In this document: positions 13,348-26,034 of the stretch, in pieces
Position numbering within the stretch: position 1 is the stretch's first letter
How the letters are laid out: each line of letters opens with the position of its first letter
Assembly: GCF_018350175.1 (NCBI RefSeq)
Contig: NC_058368.1
Coordinates: 216,816,001-216,880,000 of the forward strand
Direction: 5' to 3'
From: Felis catus
Taxonomy: Eukaryota
Length of the DNA: 64,000 nucleotides
The notes under the pieces: model-generated
Told to the model about the DNA's origin: nothing
The model's input: the letters and a program-made list of their open reading frames with translations, nothing else
Database searches by the model: none
Position numbers and translations under genes: made by a program

Positions 13348-14591
13348 AGAACTACTCTTAAGGTTCTTTCTACTGTTTACATGAAAGTATATGTATAGTA
13401 TATACTTAGTTCAAAGTGTAATGTATAACATATATATGTATAACACACACACATATGTCTATCTATATCTATATCTATATATCTATAGTGCTATTGAGAG
13501 TAAGGTAGCCATTCACAATAATGATAAAGGATAAATTACTGAGTGCTTCAGGTTGTCCAGGAAAAAACATACATTAAGGTAACTTAGGCAGCAAGACTGT
13601 AAGCAGGAGAGCTGAATGTAGCTGGGTAGTTTACACACTCTACTTATAATCTCAGCAGAGGGAGGAAATGAGGTCTGAAATTCCTCTTGCTAATTATGAC
13701 ACCTAGTCGGAATTGCCTTAATGCAAAAGGAGTGATGATTCATAATTTATTCAGTCAAAAGAGATACATATGTATGTGTGAAGGTCCTCCAGAGACCTAG
13801 CACAGAAAGCCATTGCATCACAGCTCCTAAATACGCTAAACCACGGCCTAAAAGTTAACTGTGAGTATTAGTAAGTGCTTCAGCTTAATATTTTTTAAAA
13901 AATGATCCTAACATAAAATAAGCATAGAGCAGAGAAACCAAGCAGAGTGCATGTCTTCATGTGTGGTCCCGTATTTTGCACATATGACCATTCTAACTAC
14001 AATGGTGAGAAAAACCAATCAAATTAATCGAACCAAAGAATTAAATTAGGATAAAGAAATCTTACCTTTTGGGAATAACCATGATTGAGTATAGAATAGA
14101 TGTACAAACCACTTACAATAAAAACTTTACAAATCCTACTATAAAAGAGTAAAAGATGGGAAAAAGAAAATAAAATGCTGAGAGGAAAATGGGAATGATA
14201 AATCTGAATGAGTTGTCGAAAGATGGTACAAAACCTAAATGGAAGCAATAAAAAAGGGTACAGAAAGAAATAGCGAGATAGTACAGTGAGAGAAAACTTG
14301 GTAAAGTGGGATTCAGACAACTTAGGTGACACATGTCCCGATAACGTGGTGTCTGAACAAGAGAACAGACAAAAATAAAAACTAATAAAAATATAATGTA
14401 TACGAAACTATCCGACACAAAGCTGAGAGACAATGTGAATGTGTGGTACACAAACTCATGAAATTCCTGGAAATGTAGAGTTGCAATACACATATGTATA
14501 CTTTGATATCTCCTCAAAATTAACGTGTAGGCAAATCATTTGAAAATATGAGAAGGAGAGGATATATATCCTACTTTCTGGTGCTTCTATT

Positions 14592-14800
14592 TTTTTAAAT
14601 ATTTTTTAAGTTTATTTATTTTTGAGAGAGAGAGACAGAATGTGAGCAGAGGAGGGGCAGAGAAAGAGGGAGACATAGGATCCAAAGCAGGCTCCAGGCT
14701 GTCAGCACAGAGCCCGACGTGGGGCTCGAACTCATAAACTGTGAGATCATGACCTGAGCTACAGTCGGAGGCTTAACTGACTGAGCCACCCAGGTGCCCC
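14592..14800 (-). mobile_element. CAN-SINE
   Basis: TSD gtgcttctatt (14581-14591, 14803-14813). Confidence 0.93.
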
Positions 14801-14861
14801 TAGTGCTTCTATTCTTTAAGTCATGGCTAAGCAAGTCTCAAGTAGAAAGGATACAGAAAGG

Positions 14862-15157
14862 ACATGTGCTTAAAAAACAACAGCACTTTTAAAATAGCCT
14901 CTTATAAACTATATTTAGATTTTAAATCTAGATTTAAATTTTAAGTTAGATTTAGATTTCAACTGGTGAATTATTAGATTTTTTTTTAACTATCCCCAGC
15001 TTAAGTTCTGAGCCAAATTCAGTTTGAGTAGGCTACTTTGTCTCACTCTCCTCCTCCCATCTATTTTTATCTTGGTCAAGAATTTAAAAATATAAAAGCT
15101 AGAAGAGATATTGAAAAATTATACAATGTAAAGCCATAATAACACATCTTACCAATT
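14862..15157 (+). repeat. Left arm of ~300-bp inverted duplication
   Basis: Reverse complement aligns with 17645-17951 plus 18189-18202; 26-bp exact match 15024-15049 / 17755-17780. Confidence 0.93.
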
Positions 15158-15570
15158 AAAAGTTTAAATATTTCCAAATTCAAGTAAAGTTACATATAAA
15201 TATACATATATATACACACACATACATATATATACATATATGTATATATATTGCATATATTCTTACATACAAATGTACAAAACTTACATGTACAAAATAC
15301 ATAATACATTAAACAGTATGTATATACAAAAGTGGGTATATACTTTGTCTATCTATCTATATATATATATTTATAAATATATAGTATACATGTATGTATA
15401 CATTGAGTTAGTTATGTTAATAATAATAAATATAAATACATAAAACTGAAATTTTGGCCAGAATGTTCCTAAGAAATTGGCTCTACAATGTGTGCAGGTA
15501 TGTGTAATACATGGACCAAAAGGACATTTGCACTTTTACTACCTTCATTCTCCTTGTTTTCCTTTTTTCT

Positions 15571-17316
15571 TTTTTTTTAAGCTTTTATTTAAATTCTAGT
15601 TAGTTAAAATATAGACTAATACTGATTTCAGGAGTAGAATTTGGTGATTCATCACTTACATATAACACCCAGTGTTCATCACAGTTGCCCTCCTTAATAC
15701 CCATCACCTATTTAACCTATCCCCCCTCACACCTCGTCTCTGATAACCATCAGTTTTTTCTCTATAGTTAAGAGTCTGTTTCCTGGTTGGCCTCACTCTC
15801 TATGTTTTTCCCCTTTGTTCATTTGTTTTGTTTCGCCAATTCCACATATAAATGAAATCATTTATTTGTCTTTCTATGACTAACTTATTTCACGTAGCGT
15901 ATTACTCTCTAGCTCCATCCATGTCATTGTAAATAGCAAATTTTTGTTCTTTTGTATGACTGAGTATATTGCATTGTATATATTTATATCATATCTTCTT
16001 TAACCATTCATCAGTCAATGGACATTTGGGCTCTCTCCATAGTTTGGCTACTGTTGATAATACTGCAATAAACATCAGGGAACATGTACCCTTCTAATCT
16101 ACATTTGTGTACCCTTTGGTTAAATACCTACTAGTGTAATGGCTGGGTGTAGGGTAGTTTTATTTTTAAATTTTTGAGGAACTTCCATTCTGTTTTCCAG
16201 AGTGGTTGCACCAGTTAGTATTCCTATCAACAGTGTAAAAAGGGTCTCCTTTCTCTGCATCCTTGCCAACATCTGTTGTTTCCTGTGCTGTTAATTTTAG
16301 CCATTCTGAATGTCTTCTTTGGAAAATGTGTGTTCATGTTTTATGTCCATTTCTTAACTGGATTATTTGTTTGGGGGTGTTAAGTTTGATAGGTTCGTTA
16401 TAGATTTTAGATACTAACCCTTTATCTCATATGTCATTTGCAAATATCTTCTCCCATTCTGTAGCCTGCCTTTTTAGATTTGCTGATTGTTTACTTCGCT
16501 GTTAAGAAGTTGTGGTTTTTTGTTTGTTTGCTTCTTTGTTTTATCTTAATGAGGTCCCCATAGTTCATTTTTGCTTTTGTTTCCCCTGCCTCTGGATATG
16601 TGTCTAGTAAGAAATTGCTAAGGCCTGTGTCAAAGAGGTTGCTGCCTGTGTTCTTCTCTAGGATTTTGAAGGTTTCCTATTTCACATTTAGTTAGCTCAT
16701 TCATCTATTTTTAATTTATTGTTGTGTATGGTGTAAGAAAATGGGCCAGTTTCACTCTTCTTCATGTCGTTGTCCGGTTTTCCCAGCACCATTTGTTGAA
16801 GAGACTTTTTCCCATTGGATATTCTTTTCTGTGTTGTTGAAGATTAGTTGACCGTCCAATTGTGGGTCTATTTCTGGGTTTTCTGTGCTAACCCATCAGT
16901 CTATGTGTCTGTTTTTGTGCCAATACCCCACTGTCTTGATGATTACAGCTTTGTAATATTGCTTGAAGTCTGAAATTGTGATGTCTCCAGTTTTTCCTTG
17001 CTTTTTCAAGATTCCTTTGGCTATTTCAGATCTTTTGTCACCCCATACAAATCTCAGGATTGTTTGTTCTAGCTCTATGAAAATTGCATGTGGTATTTTT
17101 ATAAATATTGAATTAAATGTATAGATGGCTTTGGGTAGTGTAGGCATTTTAGCAATATTTGCTCTTCCAATTCATAAGCATGGAATGTTTTTTTCATTTC
17201 TTTGTCTCATGTTCAATTTCTTTCATAAGTATTCTATAGTTTTCAGATCTTTTACCTCTTCGGTTAGGTTTATTCTTAGGTAGTGTATGGATTTTGGTGT
17301 CATTGTAAATGGGATT
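15571..17316 (-). mobile_element. 5'-truncated carnivore L1 (ORF2 3' part plus 3' UTR)
   Basis: Poly-T then tcaggagtagaatttggtgattcatcacttac 3' UTR; ORF remnants [16 protein letters not shown]...[20 protein letters not shown]. Confidence 0.95.
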
Positions 17317-17644
17317 CTCTCTCTCTCTCTCTTTTGTTTTTAATCGATTGTAAAGTTCTTTGCAGTTTCTATTTACATACTGCCTTTGTCCCAAGATGGA
17401 AACAAACAAACAAACCAAAAAGGAGGTAACCATGAAATCACAGGTCCAGCAGACTGATTATGGTATTAAGGAACAAGTAAAATGGTAATTGTCCGTTATA
17501 CTGCATAACACCTAGGGTGGTTAAAACTTGTCTGAGGTAGAGTAGAAATTGAAATATGTATAGTATACGTTATCTATAGAATATATATGTACTATGTATA
17601 ATATCTATAAACATTTATGAGTATAAAGAAGTATAAAGCCTTCA

Positions 17645-18202
17645 TTTGGTAGGATGTGTTATTATGGCTTTAAATTGTATAATTTGCAATATCACTTCAA
17701 GCTTTTATATTTTTTTAATTCTTGACTCAAAAAAAAAAAAGGAGTGGGAGGAGAAGAGTGAGACAAAGTAGCCTACTCAAGTTGAGTTTGGTTCAGAACT
17801 TAAGCTGCAGGTAGTAAAAAGAAAAAAAATATATATATATATATATACATATAACATTTCACCATTTGAAATCTAAATCTAATTTAATATTTAAATCTAG
17901 ATTTAAAACCTAACTCTAGTTTATAAGAAGCTATTTTAAAAGTGCTTTGTTGGGACACCTAGGTGACTCTGTCGGTAAAGTGTCCAATTCTTGGTTTCAG
18001 CTCAGATCATGATCTCGCAGTTAAAGAGAACAAGAGATCAAGCCCCATACCGGACTCTGTGTTGACAGCATGGAGACTGCTTGGGATTTTCTCTCTTCCT
18101 ACCCCTCCATCTCCCTTGTGCTCTCTCTCTCAAAAAAAACAAAAAACAAACAAAACAAAACAAAACAAAACACACAAAGTGCTTCGTTTTCTAGGCACAT
18201 GT
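17645..18202 (-). repeat. Right arm of the inverted duplication (interrupted by a SINE and a (TA)n expansion)
   Basis: Aligns with the reverse complement of 14862-15157 once SINE 17952-18175 and one TSD copy are removed. Confidence 0.93.
17952..18175 (+). mobile_element. Older CAN-SINE with (CAAAA)n tail
   Basis: TSD aaagtgctttgtt/aaagtgcttcgtt (17939-17951, 18176-18188). Confidence 0.9.
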
Positions 18203-18587
18203 AAATTAAAATACTGTTTTAGTTTAGTTTAATTTAGGTTAGGGTAAAATAAGCAAATGTTTAATAAATCTTGACATTATAATTCAAGCAAGTTTTGATA
18301 ATTTGCTGAACCAGAGCCATTGAACAAATAAATGAACATGCTAGCAACTGTTCCATATTCTGTCTTTTTAAATAAATTGTTCACATGAGGAAAGAAAAAG
18401 AGTATAAAATGTTTCTTTATGTGGCAATATATAAAATGATTTTAAGGAATAAATTAATAGCCAGGGAAAAACAAAACAGAAGTGTAACTTACTACCTGTA
18501 AGTTCGTGAAAATTAGAAATATAAAATTAAGAGCAAGAATGGCAACCAAAGTATGATTATAAATGTAAATTATTTATAACTTCTCAA

Positions 18588-18824
18588 GGGGCACCTGGAT
18601 GGCTCAGTCGATTCAGCCATCAAAGTCAGCCTGACTTTGGCTCAGACTCATGAAGCGTCTGACTTCATGATCTCCTGGTTTGTGAGTTCGAGCCCCATGT
18701 TGGGCTCTGTGCTGACAGCTCAGAACTTAGAGCCTGCTTCAGATTCTGTGTGTGCCTCTCTCTGCTCCTCCCCTGCTCACGCTCTGTCTCTGTCTCTCAA
18801 AAATAAATAAATGCTAAAAAAAAT
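18588..18824 (+). mobile_element. SINEC_Fc-like SINE with rearranged tRNA region
   Basis: 22-bp flanking direct repeat with one mismatch (18566-18587, 18825-18846); extra hairpin sequence at 18611-18670. Confidence 0.92.
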
Positions 18825-19138
18825 TAAATTACTTATAACTTCTCAATCACTACACACAGAAAATGTAAATTTTCTTAACTAACAGATAATGCTAAAGAGA
18901 TCAATATATGCTATTCATTTTACCAAAAATTTTATGAGCTACTAGAAGATTTTTCAGGATCTTCTAAACATTAATATTTTGGGAAAATGCAAAGATAGGA
19001 ACAAACTAACCTCAAAATCATTACTGAAGAAAATCTTTTTCAAAAGAATTTCCCCACTGTTGTTACATTATAACGTGAGGCAGAAAAGAGCCAAAGTAAA
19101 AGTTGAACAGTTATCATTTATTTAAAATGAATCATTCA

Positions 19139-19362
19139 GGGGTTCCTGGGTGGCTCAGTCGGTTGAGCGTCCAACTTCAGCTCAGGTCACGATCTCGCGG
19201 TCCATGAGTTCGAGCCCCGCGATGGGCTCTGGGCTCTGGGCTGATGGCTCAGAGCCTGGAGCCTGTTTCCAATTCTGTGTCTCCCTCTCTCTCTGCCCCT
19301 CCCCTGTTCATGCTCTGTCTCTCTCTGTCTCAAAAATAAATAAAACGTTAAAAAAAATTTTT
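19139..19362 (+). mobile_element. SINEC_Fc SINE (fairly young)
   Basis: TSD aatgaatcattca(gg); internal gggctct duplication. Confidence 0.95.
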
Positions 19363-21419
19363 AATGAATCATTCAGGTGAGTTCTAAATAACGAAGTGTA
19401 TTTTAACTAGGCTGACTGCAATAAACTGAAAACCAACGCTGAAAATAATTTTTATCATTTTGAAATGATTGACTTAGCAGCATGCAACTATTGCCACAAA
19501 ATCCAAGATATCAGTGCTTTAAAGACCTCCAGGTTTGTTTTAGCTTTCTGTGTGTTTAATGAAAGTCATGTAAAAAATGTAAACTGATCTTCATTAGAAT
19601 CCTATCCACCAAGGCCCTAGAAGTTCTTGGGAACTCATTTGGCTGCTGAAAGTTTCAATTCCCAAGATCATCCAAGCAGAGCAAATGCCAGATGCTCCCA
19701 TAGCAACAAGACTGAATGCCCTATGTGGTTAGATATAAAATGTGATATTTAGCGAGGGAAAGTTATTTTCCCTTTCTTTTTCTACCAAAAGAGTCACAGA
19801 AATAGTCACAGAAGCAGGAGATGACTTTGCTGTCTGCGTTATCCCAATACAGCCAGTGTCAAACTTCTAAGATCACAGACAGTTCAAAGGGGAATAGAGC
19901 CTATTTGTTTTGAAGCAAATTCTCACATTGTCATGCAGTTCGATTTGGTACATGGTGAAAGGCAAATTACTTTTAAGATTTAATTTAAGAATAATTCATA
20001 GGAATTTACAGAAACAGAAAGGATTTAGAGAACACATAGGTCAAATCACAGACTGCATAGATGACAAGACACAGTCCGTAAAATTCATCAAACTAATTCA
20101 GGAAGTGGCCACATTAACCATTAATGTTCTTTCATTGGTAAAAACCGTTATGTAGTTATTGCAGACCTTTTGGATATACAAAAATTATATCTTAAGGCAC
20201 TTTAATTTTGTTAAAACGAGGCATAATGTCCTTTTTTCGAGGATATTAAATATTAAATGTCAACTTAAGTTGAATATTACCTATATGCATAAAAGTGTAA
20301 TATTATGAATATATAAAAGTGCTTTAAAGATCAGCTTCAGTATGTTGCACTAGTCAGATTTCAGTATTCTTCATACATGTTACATCCTACACCTAACCTG
20401 TTCTGTATGTTAAACGACATAACTTTAGCATGTTTAACTGTGACCCTAGATCATTATTAATATATGTGCATCTTGTGAGAGAGTAGTTGTAGGCAAATAA
20501 CCAATATGTGCATATCTTAAATTATTATATAAGTAAAACCAGTGAAAACATAAGTTTTTTCGATTATGAAAACAAATCCTTAAAAGAGGAATGAACAAAA
20601 GGTTTGCACAAAATTTTGTATCAGAACAAGAAAGAACAGCCAAGTCAGAGAATACTATTTTCTAAAGGATTTTCCACAGATCTCAGTTCAGGGAGCTGTT
20701 AAGAGTAGAAAAGCAGAACAAAGTATTTCCAGGTCAACAGTTATCCTTATTTTCAACACAAAACCCATAGGATCATAGGGCACATTAGATTTGCAATGGC
20801 TCTGATGAGCCCTGAAATAAAGAGATTACCTGACTCTGCTTAATGCAGATTTCTTTTAGTGGGCTTGCTTAATTACTAATATTCTTAAGAATTGTGTTAT
20901 GTGTAACAGAGAACCAGACTGGGACAATTTGCTATAGAAAATTTCAGGACACACGAGGATGATGAAATATTGTCTTTAGGAGCAGAAGTCTATAAAGAGA
21001 TCTTATTAAATTTATTTCCAAGCATAATATTATTCAACTTATCCATTTTAAATGTTTAGTGGATGACTAATACATTTAATTTTTAATTTCCAGTTTAGTT
21101 ATAAAATTATTAAGACATGAAATAGAATTATGAGTTTTAACTCATGGAACAGGCACAAAAGTTACTATTTTCAAATAACACCTAGCAAATCTAAGAAAAT
21201 AAAAAAATTAAGACTTTAGTAAAGTACTTGAATACAATCTAAATATATTATAGTAATTTATTTACATACCCCAAACTAAACATAAAGAAGACATTTCATT
21301 AATGGTAAGAAAGAAACCTACAAAGCTTGGGATAGCTTTTGCATGAAATGCTAAAGTTAAGTTTAATGAAACTATGAAACATTAATGTAAGAAATACATT
21401 TGAATAATCAAAAGCCATA

Positions 21420-21790
21420 TAGTGCTGGCACAATACGGTATGGGGATCAATGAACACAGATTTTGGTTTTGAAATACTGTTCTTCACTAAATACAGCCAG
21501 GGTTCTTCAGAGAAATGTGACTTCTGACTCCAGGAAGGCATAAAGAAATAAAATAATATTAAAAAATAAAGGTGCAAGATGAGCCATGACATCGTTTTGT
21601 GCAAGACAACAAATGTGCAAAGAATGATGGGGTCGTGTCAAAAACACACAGACTCCAGCTTGAAGATTCTCCAATTGGATAAATACACAACAATCTGTGT
21701 ATGGTTATAAATGATGATATAACCCACTGTATAAAATAAGAATCCATTATAAGTTATCCATATGTCACATGGATTTACATAAATGAATAA
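21420..21790 (+). mobile_element. Old L1MC/L1MD-like 3' UTR fragment
   Basis: caagatgagcc...gatggggtcgtgtcaaa...tataaccc...tataaaataa...atccat resembles the L1MC/MD 3' UTR. Confidence 0.6.
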
Positions 21791-23182
21791 ATCGTCGTAT
21801 AAGACGAGAAATGTCATTCTCATTCAAGATGGAGCCATGGGAATCATATTTACCTTCCAGTCTTAAACAACTAGAAAACTGGAAAATTTTATGAAAAAAT
21901 AGTTTTCAGACTTTGAATTCCAGGAATCAAAGGACATGCAAAAAACAGAGAGTGGGGATGGAGACTGGTTGCCTTGTAATTGTCTAACTTCTTCTGTGGA
22001 GGCAGTTTGAAGACTGCAGCACAGGGAAGCGGAATCCAGAGAGTGTGATACTATGACTAATTTGTAGGTATTGTTGGAGTCTAGAGAAGCAAAGGCAGAT
22101 AAAGTCTACTAAACAAAGTACTGGATGGAGGGAGCAATACAAAAAGAGTGCTTTGAAATTCGACAGAGGACCTCCTGGATTTTTTTCCTCTGATTTTTGA
22201 TCTTTACATGTGTGGAAGAAACTACTTAAGCCTGGGGTGAAAATCAGCATAAATGAATAGAAAGGACAGTATCTGTAGATCACATAGAAGTGGGAATAAT
22301 TTGTTGCATGACTGATAGAAAAAAAATATGTGATATAGCAGCAGAATTTTCAGAAATGTACTGCCATGAGAGCAAGGCAAAATTAACCCTTGAATAAGAA
22401 TGCTCTGGATCTGTCCAGATAAATTGTAAAAGCCAACCTTGAAAAGACTCAACTGATTCCAATCAACTGCCCATAAGAACAAAATCAAATAATATTAAAA
22501 GACTGTATTCAAATGTTCAACAAGAGAAAACCAATTAATATAATCTATTAATATGAGAAATAATATCAATAGGATGAAAAACAAAAACTACTGAATCATA
22601 TCAGTAAATACAGAAAGAGCATTTGACAAATTCCAGCACCATTTCAGATAACAACACTCAGAAAATGAATTATAGAAGAGAATTTCCTCGACCTGATAAA
22701 GAACATCTAAGAAATATCCACAAGTAACATCATACATTATGGTGAAGACTGCTTACTTCCCTTCTAAGATCAGAATCATGATAAATATATCTGCTGTCTT
22801 CACTAGTATTCAACATTGTACTGAAGGTTCTAGCCAGGGCATTTAGGTATATATATGACATGAAGATTGGAAATGAGGAAGTAAAACTAGAAAACATCTA
22901 TGTAGAAAATATTAAACAAATGACAAAAAAAATAAAATAAAATAAAACCCTCCTGGAACTAATAAGCAATTATAACAGAGTTATAGGATACAAGTTTTAT
23001 ATACAAAAGCCCATCATTGTCTACATGCCATCTATGAACAAATAGAATTTGAAAATAGAACACAATGCCAATTACATTAGCACCCCCTAAAATAAACAAT
23101 TTTGCTATAACTCTAACAAATAGTGGAACTATATGAGAAAAACTACAGAACTCTGATGAGATTTTTTTAAACTAAAATTCTA

Positions 23183-23410
23183 GGGGCGCCTGGGTGGCGC
23201 AGTCGGTTAAGCGTCCGACTTCAGCCAGGTCACGATCTCGCGGTCTGTGAGTTCGAGCCCCACGTCGGGCTCTGGGCTGATGGATCGGAGCCTGGAGCCT
23301 GTTTCCGATTCTGTGTCTCCCTCTCTCTCTGCCCCTCCCCCGTTCATGCTCTGTCTCTCTCTGTCCCAAAAAAAATAAATAAACGTTGAAAAAAAAAATT
23401 TTTTTAAATA
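23183..23410 (+). mobile_element. Young SINEC_Fc
   Basis: Diagnostic ggtggcgcagtc and cttcagccaggtcacg, many CpGs retained, perfect 14-bp TSD aaactaaaattcta. Confidence 0.97.
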
Positions 23411-24088
23411 AAACTAAAATTCTATATTTATGAATAGGAAGACTCAATATTGTCAAGAGGTCAATTCTTCCCAAATTCATGTATAGATTCAATAAAATCT
23501 TAATTAAAGTTTTGACAAGTTATTTTGTGAATATCAACAAACTGATTCTAAAATTTATATGGAGTGGCAAAAGACCCAGAAGAGCTAACTCAATTTGGAA
23601 AGAGAATAACAAAATAGACAACTGACACCATTCCACTACGAGACTTAAGTATAAAAGCTGCACAGTCAAGACAGTGTGGTATTGGTGGAATAATAGACTC
23701 CACATAAAATATCAAACAAGCAGAGTAGAGAGCCCAGGACTAGACCCACATATATAAACAACTGATCTTTGACAAAGGAACAAAGCCAATATCATGGAGA
23801 AAATAGTATTTTCAATAAATGGTGCTAGATAAATTGGACATTCACATGCAAAAAGAAAAAAAAGGATATAGACACAGACCTTATAACCTTCACAAAAATT
23901 AACTCAAAATAGATCATAATGTAAATGTAATATCTGAAACCTTAAAACTTCTAGAAAGTAATGTAGAAGAATATCCAGATGACCTTGAGTATAGTTGATG
24001 ACATTTTAGATACAACATCAAGTGATCCATGAAAGAAATAATTGATAAGCTGGACTTCATTAAAATAATTTTTAAAAAAATCTGCTCT

Positions 24089-24215
24089 ACCTGTGTTGGA
24101 TGAGCTTGAACCCCGTTTCAGGTGAACATAATCCCTGCTTTGGGTGAGCCCCGCTTCTCTCTCTCTCTCTCTTTCTCTCTCTCTGTTCCTCAATCACTTG
24201 TACCCTCTCTCTCTC

Positions 24216-24260
<45 letters not shown>

Positions 24261-24270
24261 GAAGTTAAAG
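24089..24270 (+). mobile_element. 5'-truncated variant CAN-SINE with (TAAA)n tail
   Basis: ggtgagccccgcttctctc body, (CT)n, tail; TSD-like aaaatctgctct/aaaactgctct. Confidence 0.75.
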
Positions 24271-26034
24271 AAAACTGCTCTGTGAAACATACTGTCAAAA
24301 AAATGAATGAAGATACAAGCTATGATTGGGGCAGGGGGAAATATTTGCAGAAGATATACCTGATTAAAGACTGACATCCAAAATAGACAAAGAACTTTTA
24401 AACTTCAGCAATAAAAAAATAAACAACCCAATTAAAAAATGGGCCAAAGACCTGAACTGACATCTCAGCATAGAAAATATACAAGCAGAAAATAGTCATA
24501 TGAACAGATATCCAACATATATAACTTTCGGGATTTGTGAATTAGAAGAACAATGTGATACAACTACAAACCTATGAGAAGGGCTAAACTCTGAGACATG
24601 ACAATATCAAATGCTGGTGAAGATATGAAGCTATAGAAGCTTTCACACATTCTCGTGAGAATGCAAAATGGTACAACCATTTCAAAGACAATTTGACAGT
24701 TTGTTACAAAACTAAACATATTTTTACTATTTGACTCAGCAATCTTCTTCCTTGATATTTACCCAAAAGAGTTGGAAATTTATGCCCAAGCAGAAACCTT
24801 CACAAGATAGTTATGGGGGCTTTATTCATAATTGTCAAAACTTCTAAGCAACCAAAATGCCCTTCACCGAAGTAATAGATAAACAAACTGTGATATATTC
24901 AGAAAATGAAATATTATTTAGTGTTAAAAAGAAATGAGTCATCAAGTCGTAAAAAGATATGGGGAAACGTGAAACACATTATTGAGAGAAACCAAAAGGC
25001 TTTGTACTGCATGATTCTGACCTATGACATTCTGGAAAAGGCAAAACCAAAGAAACACTAAAAAGGTTAGTGAATGCCAAGAGTTCAGAGGAGAGAGACG
25101 AATAGGCTGAGAACAGAGGATTTTTAATTTAATGTGATTATTCTATATGATACTACAACAGTGGTAGATGAGGTGGTGTACATTTGACAAAACCCAGTCC
25201 ACTGACAGTGTGCCCTAATGTAAACTATGGACTTTGGTGGATAATGATGTGTCCATGTAATTTTATCAGTTGTAACAAAAGTACACTCTGATGTGGGATG
25301 TTGAGAGTTGGGGAGATTGGATTGCGGCAGTTGAGCATATATGGGAACTCTGTACTTCATATAAAATTTTGCTGTCAACCTAAAACTCTTCTAAAAAACA
25401 AAGTCTATTTAAACATCTTATAATAAATAAACATGAAAATCGCTATCTTCATCTTGTAATCAAAAAAAGGAAAATCAACATTATGTACCAGCCAAAGAAC
25501 TGCGTTGAAAGACTACACTTTTCTTTATGATATTCTAGTCCTAGTGTGAAAGGATAATGAGCATTTGGTTGAGTTCACGGCTTACTGCGGAGCTCCCCTG
25601 TAGTGGCCCATGTGGACCAAATTTCAGTACATAATAGATCTTGATGAATTTTGAAAAGAAATATCTTTGTTTCTCTAGTACTTGACTCTTACAGGAAAAC
25701 TTGTGGGTGTGAGTTAAAGATGTTTAGTAAAAAGCTAATATCTGGCTATTACAATGGGACTCACAATTTTCTGGTGATTTTAGAGAGGAAAAGTCCTGGC
25801 ACTTGGAAAAAAAAAAACACATTAGACCCTGGGAGGCATGAAGATAGGAAGAATACCAATAATCTTTCCTCTCTGAGTCAGCTCTGTGTCCTCCTTCACG
25901 AAGAGAAAATGCCTAGATAGACTTCTTTCAAACTCACAAAATCAATTGTGACCATGACGTAATCTGCACCTCCTTAACCCTACCGTGCAATTCATCTGAA
26001 AACAGCAGAGGGTGATTCCAACTCCTGCACCACA

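Larger units (their letters stand above)
21823..25412 (+). mobile_element. Old L1MC1-like element: 5' UTR-like part (~21823-22500), then decayed ORF2 and 3' UTR; two SINEs inserted
   Basis: ORF2 remnants (gcatttgacaaattc, ggaagactcaatattgtcaag, ctgatctttgacaaagga); L1MC1-type 3' end ccctaatgtaaactatggacttt...aacctaaaact...aaagtctatt. Confidence 0.85.

Noticed and set aside
14024..14517. Overlapping 102-aa and 134-aa hydrophobic minus-strand ORFs
   Set aside because: Antisense of an A-rich tract (possibly a very old L1/HAL1 ORF1 remnant); the F/L/I bias is compositional
14862..18202. Autonomous DNA transposon reading of the inverted repeats
   Set aside because: No transposase remnant in the spacer and no TSD outside the arms; kept only as an unexplained inverted duplication
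25592..25608. CTCF-like ggccactacaggggagc on the minus strand
   Set aside because: Mismatches or altered spacing at core positions
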